From assembly GCF_000181795.1 (NCBI RefSeq), contig NW_003526941.1, positions 3,188,178 through 3,252,177 on the forward strand: a stretch of DNA of 64,000 nt, given 5' to 3'. Each line of letters begins with the position of its first letter. The stretch's first letter is position 1. The position numbers and the translations under genes are program-made. The notes under the pieces were generated by a model. That model ran no database searches and was not told where the DNA came from. It saw nothing but the letters and a program-made list of their open reading frames with translations. This DNA comes from Trichinella spiralis. Its lineage: Eukaryota. Below are positions 40,127-54,096 of this stretch, in pieces.

Positions 40127-41276
40127 CTTACAGTAATATCATTACAGTAATTTAATGTAAAGCAAAACCTGCAGATTTTTATTTTCTAATATTATACAAT
40201 GAATACAGAGCAGAAAATTAATAAATGATGCTTTTCAGAAATTTTATTGTGTAATTAATAATTAATATAGATCGTAAATAATAAAAAATTTAAATATTAG
40301 TAATTAAACTCTAGCAAAAGTTTGTCCCGAAATCAGTCAACCTATAATAATTAACATAGTGCATCATATTTATTAAAAAGAATTAAAAATTCTTAATTTA
40401 TATCAAAATATTAAAACAATTTTTTATAAACAATTGAAGTACGGACTTCTGTTTTTTATTCTAACTTAATTTTTAATATAATTTACCGACTGCCATTGCC
40501 AATACAGCAACGGCATATCAGTACTAATGTGCTTTATTTAAAAATGAATACTCTTGTTTCAGAAATGTAATCAGTGCTATAATTGTTTTTTTAAAAAAAG
40601 TCAAACAGATAAATAATGAATTTTGTAATCATAAAAGCAGTGAACTTCAAATGTTTTACATATTTTGAAAAATATGTATATTAATTTTGCATTTTAATTT
40701 AGTAATAAAACAGCAAATGACGTATTTTATTTAATACAATAATTACTTGCAGTTTTATGTTATTTATTGATATTTTAAACGTACACAGTGTATTTTGTAA
40801 TACAGTTACTTGCAAATTCTTTTTGACGGTAACTGAGATGTACAGAACGTTCATGTTTTTTTTGTGCAGCATTCTTACGATTGCTTTATTTTTTAATTCT
40901 TGAAGATTGATTATTGTTACTTGTTTAATGTGCTATTGGACAATGTGTTAAACGTTCCAAAAATTGCTAGACAAGCTTTACTTGTAGCATTTGGTTTTTA
41001 GCAGCGGTAATTATTTGATGAGCGGTCGCATTTTCTTTGTTTCCATTTGACTTATAATTATTATATGTGTATGAATTGTTTTCTTTTTTGCATTTTGAAT
41101 TTTTTAAATTGTTTTAATGATCTATTTTAAAATATCAGTGACGCACATCAATTTGTAAACTGAAATGCTTGTGATGATAAGTTGTCAACTTTGTTTCATT
41201 CTTGATTTGATGCGATGTTTCATCTGCGGCAGTATTTTTTTATAAATATTGCTGAAACAATATTTATTTAGTATTT

Positions 41277-41678
41277 ATGTCAAAGAAAGTTGACAGCCAA
41301 AAACTTCTTGAAGAAGTTCAACATCAGAAAGCGCAGATTAAAGCTCAGTATTCTGCAAAAAAGACAAATGTATCCCAGCTTATGAATTTATTGTAAATTT
41401 TTAAAATGCCATTTGCTAATTGTATTTATTTTTTATAGACAGATGAACATGCGCACATACGTGAAACGGAAAAACGAAAAAATCTTCTAGAAGAATTACA
41501 AGAAGAGAAAATGCAAATAATGCTCAAGAAACCACATCTTGCCAGCAAAATAAATACGGGGAATTCAAATCGCAGCTCTTCCGAAAGTACACCTACAACA
41601 ACTTATAAAGGCTGTTCTGTTGCTATTGTGAATTCATCTTATAAAAACGATATCATTTTGGCAGTCCCGAGATTTTAG
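41277..41678 (+). CDS. INIP: SOSS complex subunit C (INIP/C9orf80)-like protein, about 110 aa, 2 exons (missed by the ORF track)
   Basis: MSKKVDSQKLLEEVQHQKAQIKAQYSAKKTN|TDEHAHIRETEKRKNLLEELQEEKMQIML...AIVNSSYKNDIILAVPRF*. This matches recalled SOSS-C blocks RVAILAELDKEKRKLLM and QDSAFGNLILPVLPRL. Confidence 0.65.
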
Positions 41679-42285
41679 ATTGTAAGCAAACGTTTATTAT
41701 AGATTATGTATACAAATGTATCATCTTATTTAGTTTGTCTCACGTAAATGGTTGTACTTTAAAAAGATAATTTTTGTAGAGATGGTTTGTCAATAATTGT
41801 TGTATTTTGATAATATTGTGTTGTCAGTATTTGCAAAAAAAATTCATTTCAATAGTTTCAGATGCGCAGGACGTGAAATTTGAAAAAATATTTTCTTGGT
41901 AAATTTGAGCGATACTATATGTATTTGATTTTCAGGTATAAATTAACTGTTTTTTGTATAGCAGAAAAGCAAGTAAATGGTGAAGAAATACTTTCAGTTT
42001 GATCATATACACTTATCCAATATATATTGTGTTATTTTTTTTCACCTGAAGAGCGAAGTTAATTTTTAAGTTTCATGTTTTGTTTTAATGCCTGATAGGT
42101 GGTTATAATTTTAGGTTGTGGTTCCATGAACGAATTCTACGAGACATGTATACTTTTACATTATGGTTTTTGTTATTTTTTTCCAATTATTATTTTCACG
42201 TGTTGTTTTCTGTTGTTCAAGTAGTTTGTTTGCACGTCTGATGTATATGCGCAACACAACGGTATTTCGAAGTTGAAGAAACAAC

Positions 42286-43426
42286 ATGAGAATGAAGATT
42301 GCAGAGTTATTGAATTTAATAATTAAAAAGGTAAAAAAAACTTTCACTTGTTTTTATATTTTTTATTATTTTTATGCTAGTGAATTTGTCTCAGTCTGCA
42401 TAGTTAAAATTGTTATTAATTTTCTTAATATAAAATGTTTTGATTGTTTTTAAAAATAATTGCAGCTGATTAAAAAAAAGTTTAGTTGGAAGTCAACGTC
42501 TGATTATTTTGCACAAAGGCATTTATTTATAATATATCTGTTGAGTACGCCTTCCGTTGCAAATGTCAAAGATTGGAAGCACATTTCTGCCATTAAGCTT
42601 TTGTATATCAATCAATGTTGAACTCTCCTCAAACTGAAGGGCACGCTTTTACTGGGCCAGTGACCCTGCAACTTTTGGATTGTTTGACAAAGAGGCTCTG
42701 GGTTACGGCATTTTGATCTAAAGCCGCTCTAGTCTTTTCCTTTTTAATGCTTTACAGGGTACAACGGTGCAACGCCGATGAATTGTAATGGTTCTTTCTT
42801 TTTTAACTATGCTGCGATGATGTACCTGAGACGTAGCAGTTGTGTTTGGATACTTTGCTTATGTTGTTTTTTTTGTTTATATTCAGATTTTTTGAATGTT
42901 CAAGCTTGTGGATCTTTTAGTACAGGTGAATATATTTGATTTGATATGATTTGATTTTTTATAATTATTTTTCTAGCGAAGCGTTCCAATTATCAAATCA
43001 CGGCTTTGTTTGATTCGCCATTGCCTTCAAAGCAGAAAGATCAGATTGAGAATTTGGTTTGTTTTTGATCAGTTGATTAATTGATTATTTCAGTTTTAAT
43101 TTTAATGTAAAATTTAAATTTTTCCATCATTATTAAGGTAAGTGCATTGAAATCCAAACCAATACAGACAACGTACCCTGGACGAACGATTCACATACAA
43201 GACAGTGGCTTTCCGACAAGGTGAGAATTATTTCAATAAATAAGAAATATAAAATATTTTTTATTAAAAAAAATTTTTTAGAAAATCAGCAGAGTGTAAA
43301 ATTCGAGTTAACGGCCCTCCTTTGGGTACCACAGAACTGATGAATGTGGAAGAAGTGATCCGCTCACAGGTGAACATATTGGTACGGCCGAACTCTGTTC
43401 GATCTATACAAATTACGCCAGTTTGA
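42286..43426 (+). CDS. Uncharacterised multi-exon gene; 5' end unresolved and possibly degenerate
   Basis: Exons from about 42640 to 43426 join in phase: ARFYWASDPATFGLFDKEALGYNGATPMNCNGSFFFNYAAMMYLRHFLNVQACGSFSTAKRSNYQITALFDSPLPSKQKDQIENLVSALKSKPIQTTYPGRTIHIQDSGFPTRKSAECKIRVNGPP...QITPV*. Upstream exons are ambiguous. Confidence 0.5.
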
Positions 43427-43985
43427 TATTGGATGTGTTTTTCCTTCAATTTTTAAAAACGTTTTTTGCTGTTCTACTGGTATTAATTTTATTTATGTAA
43501 AAAACCGAGTGAAAATGGAAAGAAACATATAACGTTTGTAGAAAATAAAATTTGATAAGCAAGAACCGTCATTGCATCTGTCAGTAATAGTTATTCTGTT
43601 TTTTAGGTGAACAACTTTCAAAAGAAGCTGAAAATTTAATGCAAATATTTTTTATTAATTTTCGTTTTATTTGAAATTTTAAGATTTTCATTTTTATTTC
43701 ATTATCTGTGTAAGTATTAAATATTTCTTGTATTTTGGTAGATGTTTAATCTAAACAAGGCTTCTTGCATTAATTCTTCTAAATTTTGCGCATCTTTTTT
43801 TGTTAATTCTACTCTGATTAAACAGTATTTTCATCGTATATGGTGAATTAAAATTTGATTGCGTTTTTTTTCAGTTTACTTTACGTAATAATTTTTTTAG
43901 AATTCTAAAGTATCAAATTATGTAGTTTAATTGATGAAAAAAAAGAGTTCATTTAGTGTTCACCTTGTACAAGGTTATGATGTTT

Positions 43986-44411
43986 NCATATGCTTNCGTT
44001 TNCCTGCNAATTTTTTTTTGATGNCATGCCAGANGGTGATTANTTAATTTTTTANTTTATTTTATTTTTCTAATAATANGATCNGTTGATAATAAGAAAN
44101 GGGAGCAATATTTTAATTTCGTNCCAATAAATAATCCATTGTGAAAGCAGNTTTTAATGCAGAGTCGAGTATTTGGAACCAGTTCATGCAATAAAAAATA
44201 ACTTNAACGTCTTCTTCGANCAGCAGCAGCAGCAAATAACAACAACAACAGCANATAAAATAAAAGGCAACAATGACCTGGTAAATNTAGCATGAATAGG
44301 GATTGGAATGCACAAGGACTACTTTGTTTGATAAAATCCAACCGAAACGAACANTTTTTTTGTTTATGATGGTTATACATATGAATTGAANNACAANTAT
44401 GANNNNNCNNN
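43986..44411. other. Low-quality assembly segment with scattered Ns, probably a read end or contig join
   Basis: Many single N calls ending in an N run immediately before a (TATG)n repeat. Confidence 0.9.
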
Positions 44412-44512
44412 TGTGTATGTATGTATGTATGTATGTATGTATGTATGTATGTATGTATGTACGTCCGTATGTATGTATGTATGTATGTATGTATGTATGT
44501 GTGTGTGTGTGT
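44412..44512. repeat. (TATG)n followed by (TG)n compound microsatellite
   Basis: Directly visible. Confidence 0.95.
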
Positions 44513-45136
44513 AAATTTGAATATTGTTTTGTAGAGTTTTAAAGAAGAGCGGTCAGATTGATTGATCAGATCTGTTTGTAAGGTTTTCTTTTTTATCTGT
44601 TTTTTTCCAGAGAATATAGACTAAATTTAGTTATCAGTGATACAGTTTCTATTGATAGCAACAATTGTGATATTATAATAATTATAATAATAATAATAAT
44701 AATCAGCTTTGATTATGAGGATCAATGTTTGAAATGAAATGGGTTACGTGAGATGTCAAGGCTAAAGAGACGGCATAAATCAGACCGTCGACTAGGCTAG
44801 GAGAAGATGATTGGTTGATTTGTTGTTTTGCATTTTTGATATATTCAATTTTTAGCAAAATTGTGCATGGCCGGCATATAAAGCGACCGGTTCTCTGGTC
44901 GGTGCAGGCAGTGGTGAAGTGATGAGTCATTTTTAAGCGTACAAATGATAATAACGGCATTTGAAAGCGACCAGAAATTGGGGCGTTAATTTTTGCCCAA
45001 ACTTGCGTCCACTTGGGCACGTTTGGTAAAGTTGGATGGCCAATTTTTGGCACGAAATGTTCATCACAAACTTGCAGCTGTTGTCGTGCAACTATTGAAC
45101 GTGAAAACTGCTGCTGTTACAGTTCTGCTATTTTGC

Positions 45137-45173
<37 letters not shown>
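45137..45173. repeat. (TAT)n trinucleotide repeat about 30 nt upstream of the PLAT gene ATG
   Basis: About 12 units; explains the poly-Y, poly-L and poly-I ORF translations. Confidence 0.9.
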
Positions 45174-45202
45174 TTTACAACGCACCCACATCCAAACGCA
45201 TA

Positions 45203-46568
45203 ATGCTTACTGATTATTTGATTACGGTGAAAACTGGCAATCATTTCGGCGCAGGTACCGATTCCAACGTTTTTATACAACTCTTCGGCGAGGATGGTCA
45301 CTCCGAAGAATGGCATTTGAAGCATTCCAAGCATCACAAAAACAAATTTGAACGCAACAAAACCGACCAATTCATATTCAGCCAAATCAAATGCTGCGGC
45401 AAGCTTTACAAAGTTATCGTCAGGCACGACAATTCTGGTAAAAAAAAGAAAAATTTCTTTCTTTCAATTCTACTCTTTCAAATTTCTTACAGTATGCGCA
45501 TATGCTTCTATAACAACAATGTCAATCAAATTTGTACTTGAGAATTTAAAAAACAAAAAGTTAAATTCAAGCAACATTCACCTTTTCAAATTTTCTGAGA
45601 TGTGTAAACTGAAGCAAAAATTTATTCTTTTTTTTTTTTTACAAATGATGAAATTATTGAAAATTAATCATTCAAGTAAAATTTGGATGCAAAATCATCA
45701 ATTTGCATTTATACTGCATCTATCTGTGGAGGGGACTTTGACTATTTTTAGATTGTTTTTCTTGCGTTAATAACTGTTGTCCTAGCTTGATGGAAATTTT
45801 ATCATTTTAATTAGTATTGATGTTTGCCTACTTTGCATTTGTATTGGTTTGTTGTCGCAGCTGAAAATGCGCAAAGATAAGTACCAATCTGTTGGTATTT
45901 AATTTGTAATGGCTGTTGAATTTGATTTTGCATCTGTTTCCTTTTTCTTGTATTTAATACTGCAAGAAAATAATTTCCCTTTTTTAGCTTCTTCTAAATT
46001 TTATTAGTCACCGTAATGGTGATGATGATGATGATAATATTTCTTCTTTTGAAAATATTACTTATAAAATTTATAATATTTGAAAGTAAGAGTATTTTGA
46101 AAAAAATTTCCTTTTTTCATTTTAACTTTTCTTTTTAAAAATAACCCATCAATAATTATGGAGTGGATGTGATTTTAGAAAATGCAAACACGTTCAGCAA
46201 TAAATATTTTCTGATCAATGAAAATGGACTTGTACAAACAATGTAAACAGTTAAACATTGCCGTTGTATTGTGTTTTAAAAATGGAAATGTGCAGCAATT
46301 TTTGTCGATTGTAGTGAATAAATTTAATTTCTTTTTTTTAATATGAGAAAACACTACAAATATGACATCACGGCCAATTTGTTTAGGTATTTGCTCATCT
46401 TGGCATTTGGAGTACGTGGAAGTAAGCGACATCAGCTTGAGAACGACGTTTCGTTTTCCTTGTCATCGATGGATCGGCGGTGGCTTTTTTCACATGTTTC
46501 CAAAAATCAAACAGCTAACATGCACTGAAGAGACTATTGGACCCAGCAAATTAGAACCTTCGGTTTAG
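45203..46568 (+). CDS. Single PLAT/LH2 domain protein (LOXHD1/polycystin-type PLAT), about 138 aa, 2 exons
   Basis: YLITVKTGNHFGAGTDSNVFIQLFGEDG...FERNKTDQF...VRHDNSG|ICSSWHLEYVEV...FRFPCHRWI; phase-1 intron at about 45438-46386. Confidence 0.88.
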
Positions 46569-47125
46569 AGAATTGAAAACCGAAGAAGCTCTTTTTCACT
46601 TTTTTCAACCCGTATGAAACTTTGCCAAATTGTAAATCCTACTGTAAACCGTATCAAGTTTCAATTTAAATCGTCCCAGAGGCCATTTTCCCCAGGTCCA
46701 TTGGACGATTTTTCCATCTTATATTTTATGTATCTGTTTGAAAAAATAATTTTCATTTCAATTTTAGTAAACACTTTCTGATTCTAATTCATTATCAATA
46801 TTATAATGATTAGAATTCAATTGCATTTTTCCAGTGTGAAGAAAGCGAACAATATCCGCATGTCAGTGTGACCATTATTGACATGTTTCCCAAGCTAACA
46901 GTCACTTTGTTGTAAATGTTAAATTAATTGTTTTTTTAAGTATATATAATTTTATGAAATTTTGCGTAATATCTTGCAAGTTTAAGAGAAGTGGGTAATG
47001 TTCTTTGAATTTAAGTTGAACTTTTCTTGAACTAAATTTCATAATTAAAAAGGCTTAAATGTAATGCTTCTTTTTTCAAAAGAAATAATCACAAAATATC
47101 AGTAGTAGAAATTTTGTAAAAATCT

Positions 47126-47179
<54 letters not shown>

Positions 47180-47186
47180 TGTGTGT
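47126..47186. repeat. (CT)n(GT)n compound microsatellite
   Basis: Directly visible. Confidence 0.93.
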
Positions 47187-50100
47187 AATGAATATTTGCA
47201 TACCAAATTACCTTTCACGAACAATTTATTGGTTTGATTTGATCAAACATGCCAGCAAATGAAGAACACAAATTTGTAATTTGTCCTCTTCACTGTATCA
47301 AGGCATCAACCGCTTCTGTTTGTTTAGCAATCTATTTTAACTTTATGTTGACAAAACATTCACCTTATCTTTTGTGCAGTGCAACAATTAAGCAGAGGAT
47401 AAATTGCAAATTTTTCACTGCCCCTTATCTGTCTGAACAGCAATCGAAAAGCGCTTTCATCATACAAGAAGAAAATGTTATCAGCGATATATTAATATTT
47501 GCTTTTCATTCTTGCTTCATTTTAATCCTTGTTCATCGTTCAGAAGAATTGAGTGAACGTTTTCTCTTTGTCACGACAAAAAATAATAATAGAGTGGTAA
47601 GAATTTTAGAGAATTGATTATTTGTGAAACTGTGTTTTAATTTTTGTTCATCACTAATGTTTGAATGTTTCCAATCAACAACTGCAGGTATGAAATAAAT
47701 CATATCATTATTTTGCATTTTATATAAATAATATTTCATGTTTATTTGTGTATTTTCATAAAAATTAATAAATTTATATTGTTGCTAAAATATATCAAAC
47801 AATAGCTATACACCGTTTGCAGTTATTACTTACTGTAAAATGACGAGCAGTAAAGTTCTCATGTTTCTGTTATATTTAAAATTAGTGTTTTTGGATAGAT
47901 AAATAAAATTTTAGGCATTCTGATACTCAATTCATTTATATAAAATAAAGCATCAATAATCTTGAGATTTTTCAACAAAAAATATGCAAAGAATTCGTTG
48001 TTCTCAAGAGATGCAATGCATAGCTCAAAGCGTAACGGCAAGCAACGGATGATTGTTGATATCAATCATTTTCATTTTTAAATTTATGATTACAAATCCA
48101 AAACATTGTTTTTCATTTAAGTTGAAGAAATATTTACGCTAAACGAGCTGGCGTGTTCAATTTCACTTCTCAACATTTAAAATCATACCACCTGCTTTAC
48201 GGCATTTTTAACAAAACACCGCTACGAATGTGACATTTTCAGCGATCGCCAATTTTAATGAAAATAAGCATCAAATTAGCTGCAATATATACAATATAAT
48301 ATTATTTAAACATGCTATTGCTAAATACGCCTCTGCAAGAGGTCATTTTACTTTTTAATCTGCAGCTGTAATAATTTACACAGAAAGCAGAAATATTATT
48401 TGCATAGAATGGTAACTGAAAGCTAATTGAAAAAATTGCCACTTTTCTTACGTACATTATTCTTCATTACTCATCTTCAGACTGCTTTTAAAGCTTACTG
48501 TGGAAAAATAATCTTTTCTTATAGTTCCATTGCTTGTGGGTTTCTTTTTCTAAATGATAGTAGCATCCAGATTTTACATATTTGCGTCATCGATACTTTT
48601 CATTTTTTGGTGAAAAGCCTCCAACATGGATGTATCGATATATGGATTGGTGTTTGTATGCGCGCACGTGTGTGTGTGTGTATTTATTTATTCAATCGAA
48701 CAATTTCATCAATATTTTACTTGAATATCATAGGAGAAAAACGAGACAAATGGAAATTCAAACGCTTGAAGCATTGTATGACTTTTAAATAATACAAAAG
48801 TCAGACATATATATATATATATAGCTGATATATTAATTCAAGATCAGTCCTGCAGCTTTTGCTGTTCATTTAAACAAAAATTGGATTAAGAATAGATTAG
48901 AATACTATTGAAATGATAAAATGACAAACAAAAATCTCCAATTTTATTTTAATTTTCTTATCTTTCTTTTATTTTTAAAAAATTCCACAGGGCGAAACAG
49001 TCTAGTCAAGTCTAATCTAGTCAGTGAAATGATATTCAAGCTGAGAGACCACACTGGTGCAGACAAAAATTTTCATTACCTTTGCTTACAAATCGTTAAT
49101 AAGCTCAAATCTGTGGATAAACTTTGCTTTTCTTATTGACGTTGCCCTCCGGCTGCAGGTAAGAAAATGCAAGGACGTTAATTAATTTTCATCCTCAGCC
49201 ATTTCATACTATTATTATTATTGTTGTTGCTATTATTATGTATATTTTTTAACTGTACATTTGATCAATTTATAATTCATTTGTTCAACAATCTTTTCAC
49301 TTGCTTTACTGATTGATAACGACGCTTTTGAATTTACTTTGCCTAAGTACTGTCAACTTTGTAGCAACTTTTACAAATTGTCCATGCATTGGTTAGCTAC
49401 CAGAATGATCATTAATTTTATTTTAATGCAATAAATAGCCTGCGGTTGTGTAATGACAGATAGAAGCGTCAGTGATAACAATCTCTGTGTGGTGAAGATG
49501 AGCAGTTTCTGTTTCGGTTTCAATCAAGACATGATTGCAAGCGTTGTGCATTGTGAACTTCAAGCACGGTGATTTGATGGATAGAGCGAGAGAGAAAAAG
49601 AGAGAGAGAGAGAGAGATACGTTTTCACTTTTCAATTCGGTGAGCATGCTCATTTGTTTATTGTCCAAGGTGACAACTTTACTTATGCAGTTTTCATCGG
49701 CTTGTTATTTCTTTGCAAACAAACTATCTTTAAAACTAGTGCTAAGAGAGAGATTTGTGTTTGGATTATCACTTCATTAGCGCAAGTAGCAGTGGCCGCA
49801 CGTTTAGCTATACAAATGCTTAATAAAGTTGAAGCGATCGAAATGCTCAACTGGAGCTGAACAACTGAAAATCGTTTCTTCAACATGTAAGCAGGTTCTA
49901 ACAGATGTGAACTTGACTTGGGCACTTGACAAAACAATAAGTACAAATAAAAAGAATGCCTCCATGGTGGCCGAACATGTCGTGCTGAAAACGCCGAGAA
50001 ATTTGATCTCAATCATTCACCAAATCGTCTAGGGTAGTTAATTGGTTGGATCAAGGCGCTTAGTCGATTATCGCGTGGCTAATTGCCGCTTTGGTGGCTT

Positions 50101-52352
50101 GCAATGCACCACAGTAGAACGTCGGTTATCAACGGGCGGCATAAGGTGTGCTTTGGTGACCGTCTGACCTTGGTTATTTTAATTTTCTTTGATCATTTGT
50201 ATCTTTACCGGAAAGCTGAGTCTCTCTTTTATTAATTTGCCAAAAGCAAGCTTGCAATCGAGATCTGATATATTGCAAGCGCCAGCGCGTTGCACCTGCA
50301 TAAACGATTATCACTTGACCATTGACAAAAGGTGATTAAGCGTTTTAAAAATCTGTACCGTTGGTTCTATTTTCTTGTATAAAACACCTTAAGTAACAAA
50401 TGAAAAGGAAAAGAAACGAAAAGAAACCACTATATTAATTAAGCAGCAGAAGTCGTTGCAACTATATAGTACATTTGCGCTAATAGAACAAGGTTTTATG
50501 ACATTCAATCTGTGACATTTTTAAGCGTGTTAAGCGTGAAATACAGCTTTACGTGTAAGCAGTGTGCGGAAATTGCTTTTACTTTGAAAAGAGGAGCAAC
50601 TGCGAGGGCGCCAAACGTACCTTGACAAGAGGTAAGTGGTTGACGCGAACGGCAACATGTTTATGTGAAAACTTTACGAAATGTTATTTCAACTTGAAGA
50701 TTAAGTTGGTCGATGATTTTGAGCGCAGATAACGCTTTGCTAATCCATCACCGCTGGCCAGAGTTAGAAGAATCAAGGCAGTTGGTTGCCGCATGTGTGC
50801 GGCGCCCCTCCTCTTTTATTTATTCACATCGGTTGTACGACTGTTCCTGTCAAAGCTTGTTGAACACTCTGGTGATGGATTGGGCAGTAATAAGCAGCAA
50901 CAAACAATGTTTTCTTACACGGCTCTCACGCCAGCCCAACGCAGCAGGCTTTCACTTTATCTCAGCACTTGCGTGGACGATGAGTTTGCTATTTGACAAT
51001 CGCCGCTAATTCTTTCTCTTTACCACGCCAAACACGACTTCTTGTTCTTCTTTTGCTTTTAGTGCTTTCTCTGCACAGCACTTCTTATTCATGATTTCTT
51101 TCATCTTCTTTTTCAATTCTTCCGAACTTTCCAAACTTGTAACGCGAAACTTATTCTTACTAGCAACTCTAGAGTCACATTTCTTTCTATTTGTTTGTCT
51201 TCACTGGTACAACTGTTCAAAATTACAACGTTGAAAGGTACAAGAAAAAAATTAGTGTTTTTACAACATGCATTCGCTGCGTTTTTCTAGGTGAGGCTTT
51301 GTGTCTTTAAAAATTAGTGAAAATGAAAATTTCAACAAACAAACTGATAAGTTCCAAGAACAAACTGTTCTGCATAGCGATAGATTTATTTCCAAACTGA
51401 AAACATATAATTAACATGTTATTTTTTTGCAGTTTCTTTTGAATTTAATTTTCGTTCCTTGAACACAATAAATTCGAACAATATGTAAAATGTTATCGCA
51501 ACTTTTGTAATTTGCGGAATGATTTTTTTACACACTCTGAAATTACTTATCAGAAATTCCTCCCCTCATCACTACCTCTCTGTTTTACAAAAAAGAATAG
51601 ATCAAATTTCATTTGAAATTTCACTTTACTGTTGCTTCGAAATTTGTAAATGATATTTTTATTTACAACTTGTAAAAAGAACTCATTTATTATCAATTAT
51701 ATGTTCTTCTTGATTGAACAAAACAGTTACTAGTATGCAGTTGCTTTGAATGATTTGCTGAGAATACACTGGTGAAATGTTTACTTTAATTATCACTAAA
51801 TCAGTTAAATTAAAAAAATTATGGTTTGAAGCTTCTATTCCTGTCTTTTCGATGGGTTGTTCATTTATAATGCAAACGTCTATCATGAGTTGTTATACAT
51901 TTTGCTGACAAAAACAAAATTTGGTTGTAAATTAAAATGTTGCGCTTCTTTAATTTAAAAGGACCGTTTTAAAGAACGTCGATTTTCAAGTGCAGTAATT
52001 TAGTTTTAAAAAATCATTTAAATGAGTTATTAGCTGTTATTTTTTTACTTATTGAAACAAATTTTACACTTGAAATGATAACCTTCTGTGTTAAACTAAA
52101 AGTTCACATGACATTTCACTGATAAAGCTATCATCACATACTTTTCAAATGATCGCAGTACATATTTGATTTCTACTATCTAAAAACAGCATTTTGTTTT
52201 GTTTTAAATAAAAATGCTGCCACTGTTAAATTTTTGATGAATTTAACTTTTAAAAAATGAAAATTTGAAATATTTTCCTTAAATTTATATAAATATGTGA
52301 AAATTTTGAATAGCTTTGTGTTAGTTGCATCTCATTACAATATTAGTGACTA

Positions 52353-52403
52353 TGAATTGAATTGAATTGAATTGAACTGAATTGAATTGAATTGAACTGA
52401 ATT
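52353..52403. repeat. (TGAAT)n pentanucleotide repeat, about 10 units
   Basis: TGAAT/TGAAC tandem units. Confidence 0.9.
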
Positions 52404-53880
52404 CATTTTGTTTCATTTCATTTGGAATATCTTTGATCAAAACTGTAAACAGACATAGTGTTCAACCGAACTAAGCCGTCCTATAAACGCAGGCATGACG
52501 ACAAAAAAGTACACTATTTAAAACTGATAATGCCATTTCATTTTGATGTTTGGTTTGTATTTGAATTCACCAAACAGGAGGTCATCCAAAAATAAACGAC
52601 AACATTACACACGAATCAAAGTCTGCTTCCGATTAAACAAATAAATTCTGCACAATGCAATACAACGATTGCTGCTTGATCATCTTCCATAATTCGATTT
52701 GCATGTCAACTTTACATTCTCTTCAACAAATTCACAGCTGTCTGTGTTCTTTTTGCGTATTTTTACATGATTAAAAACAAAGCACCTGACGTTTGAATAA
52801 TGGATTGAATACTTTCAAATTGATCACTCTTCTTCTTTAAAACATGCAAAATTAAGTTCCACTTCTTTTTTTGTTTAAATTATTGGCTGGTCAACGTTTT
52901 TTCAACGTTGTTAAGATGTTTCAAATTGAAAAATTCTCTCTTTTTTTGTCTATTCCATGGAAAAGTTTTTATGACGCCAGAAAATGCTTGAGCATAATAA
53001 TTGTTATTGTTGAGCGACTGTTTCTTATCAATGAAAAATATTTATGTCAGTTTTATTTGAGCATTTAATTTAATAAATGAAATATAGCCATTTTGCTAAC
53101 TGAATGATTTATTATATCAGTGTTTTTGAAAATGTAAACATTTTCTGTTTTCAAATTTGTCATTAGCGTTCATAATTAAATAATGAATATCGAATAAGTT
53201 TCAATTTGGGTTGATCGTGTTTTCTTTTTCATTATTTCTTCTAAAAAGTTAAACAAGCGACAACAGGTTAGTTGTGTTCACAGTTGTTTAATTGAGCATC
53301 ACTTTTAGCTCAGAATTGTTGTATAATATGACTTGTCAAATTGCACGGGCAAGGATGAGGAACGTTTCCGCTTCTGGGGGTGCCTTTGTAGCTTAATCGT
53401 TCTTTTTGTAAAAAAAAGGGGACACTAGGTCTTGACGATTCTTTGCTCTTTTTGGTTGTAGTCCACGTAGCGGAACGAACATTGGCCGACTAGTTGTGCA
53501 ATTTTGGCAAAAGGAGGAAAAGTGGAAAAAATTACAATTTTCCAATTTGCTTTTATTTTCTCATAGCCTGGCACCCTTCAGCTTTGTCGGCCATTCTCAG
53601 GATCGGTAGTTTTTTTCACCAATATGAGCAATCGACCTAACTGCTCTTTTTGGAAAAAAGGAAAAAAAGCCAGTGCAGTTTCATCATCATGACTGATCTT
53701 TACAATGCTAGCCGGCAAAGAGACCTGTTTATAAATGACCACTAATCACCGATTCCAACAAAGATAAATACCCTGAAATGATCAGAGGAAATTGATTTTG
53801 TATTGGCGTCACTATTTTACAGTAAACTAACGCGCAGCAGGTGACCCCTGCCAGTCTATACTGGTGAATTTGTCTTAGTC

Positions 53881-53983
53881 TGTGGGTTTATGTGTGTGCA
53901 TGTGTCTGTGTGTCTGTCTGTGTGAGCGTGTGTATGTCTGTGTATGTTTGTATTTGTGGTTGTATTGTGTGTATGCTTGTGTT

Positions 53984-54069
<86 letters not shown>

Positions 54070-54096
54070 ATGTTTGCGCGTGTGTATTTGTGTGTA
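53881..54096. repeat. TG-rich tract with a perfect (GT)41 core at 53986-54068
   Basis: Directly visible; explains the poly-VC and poly-HT ORFs. Confidence 0.97.

Noticed and set aside
44057..44380. ORFs containing X residues
   Set aside because: They lie in the N-rich low-quality segment and are low complexity
46780..46817. AT-rich hairpin downstream of the PLAT gene
   Set aside because: Almost all A/T pairs, expected by chance at this composition
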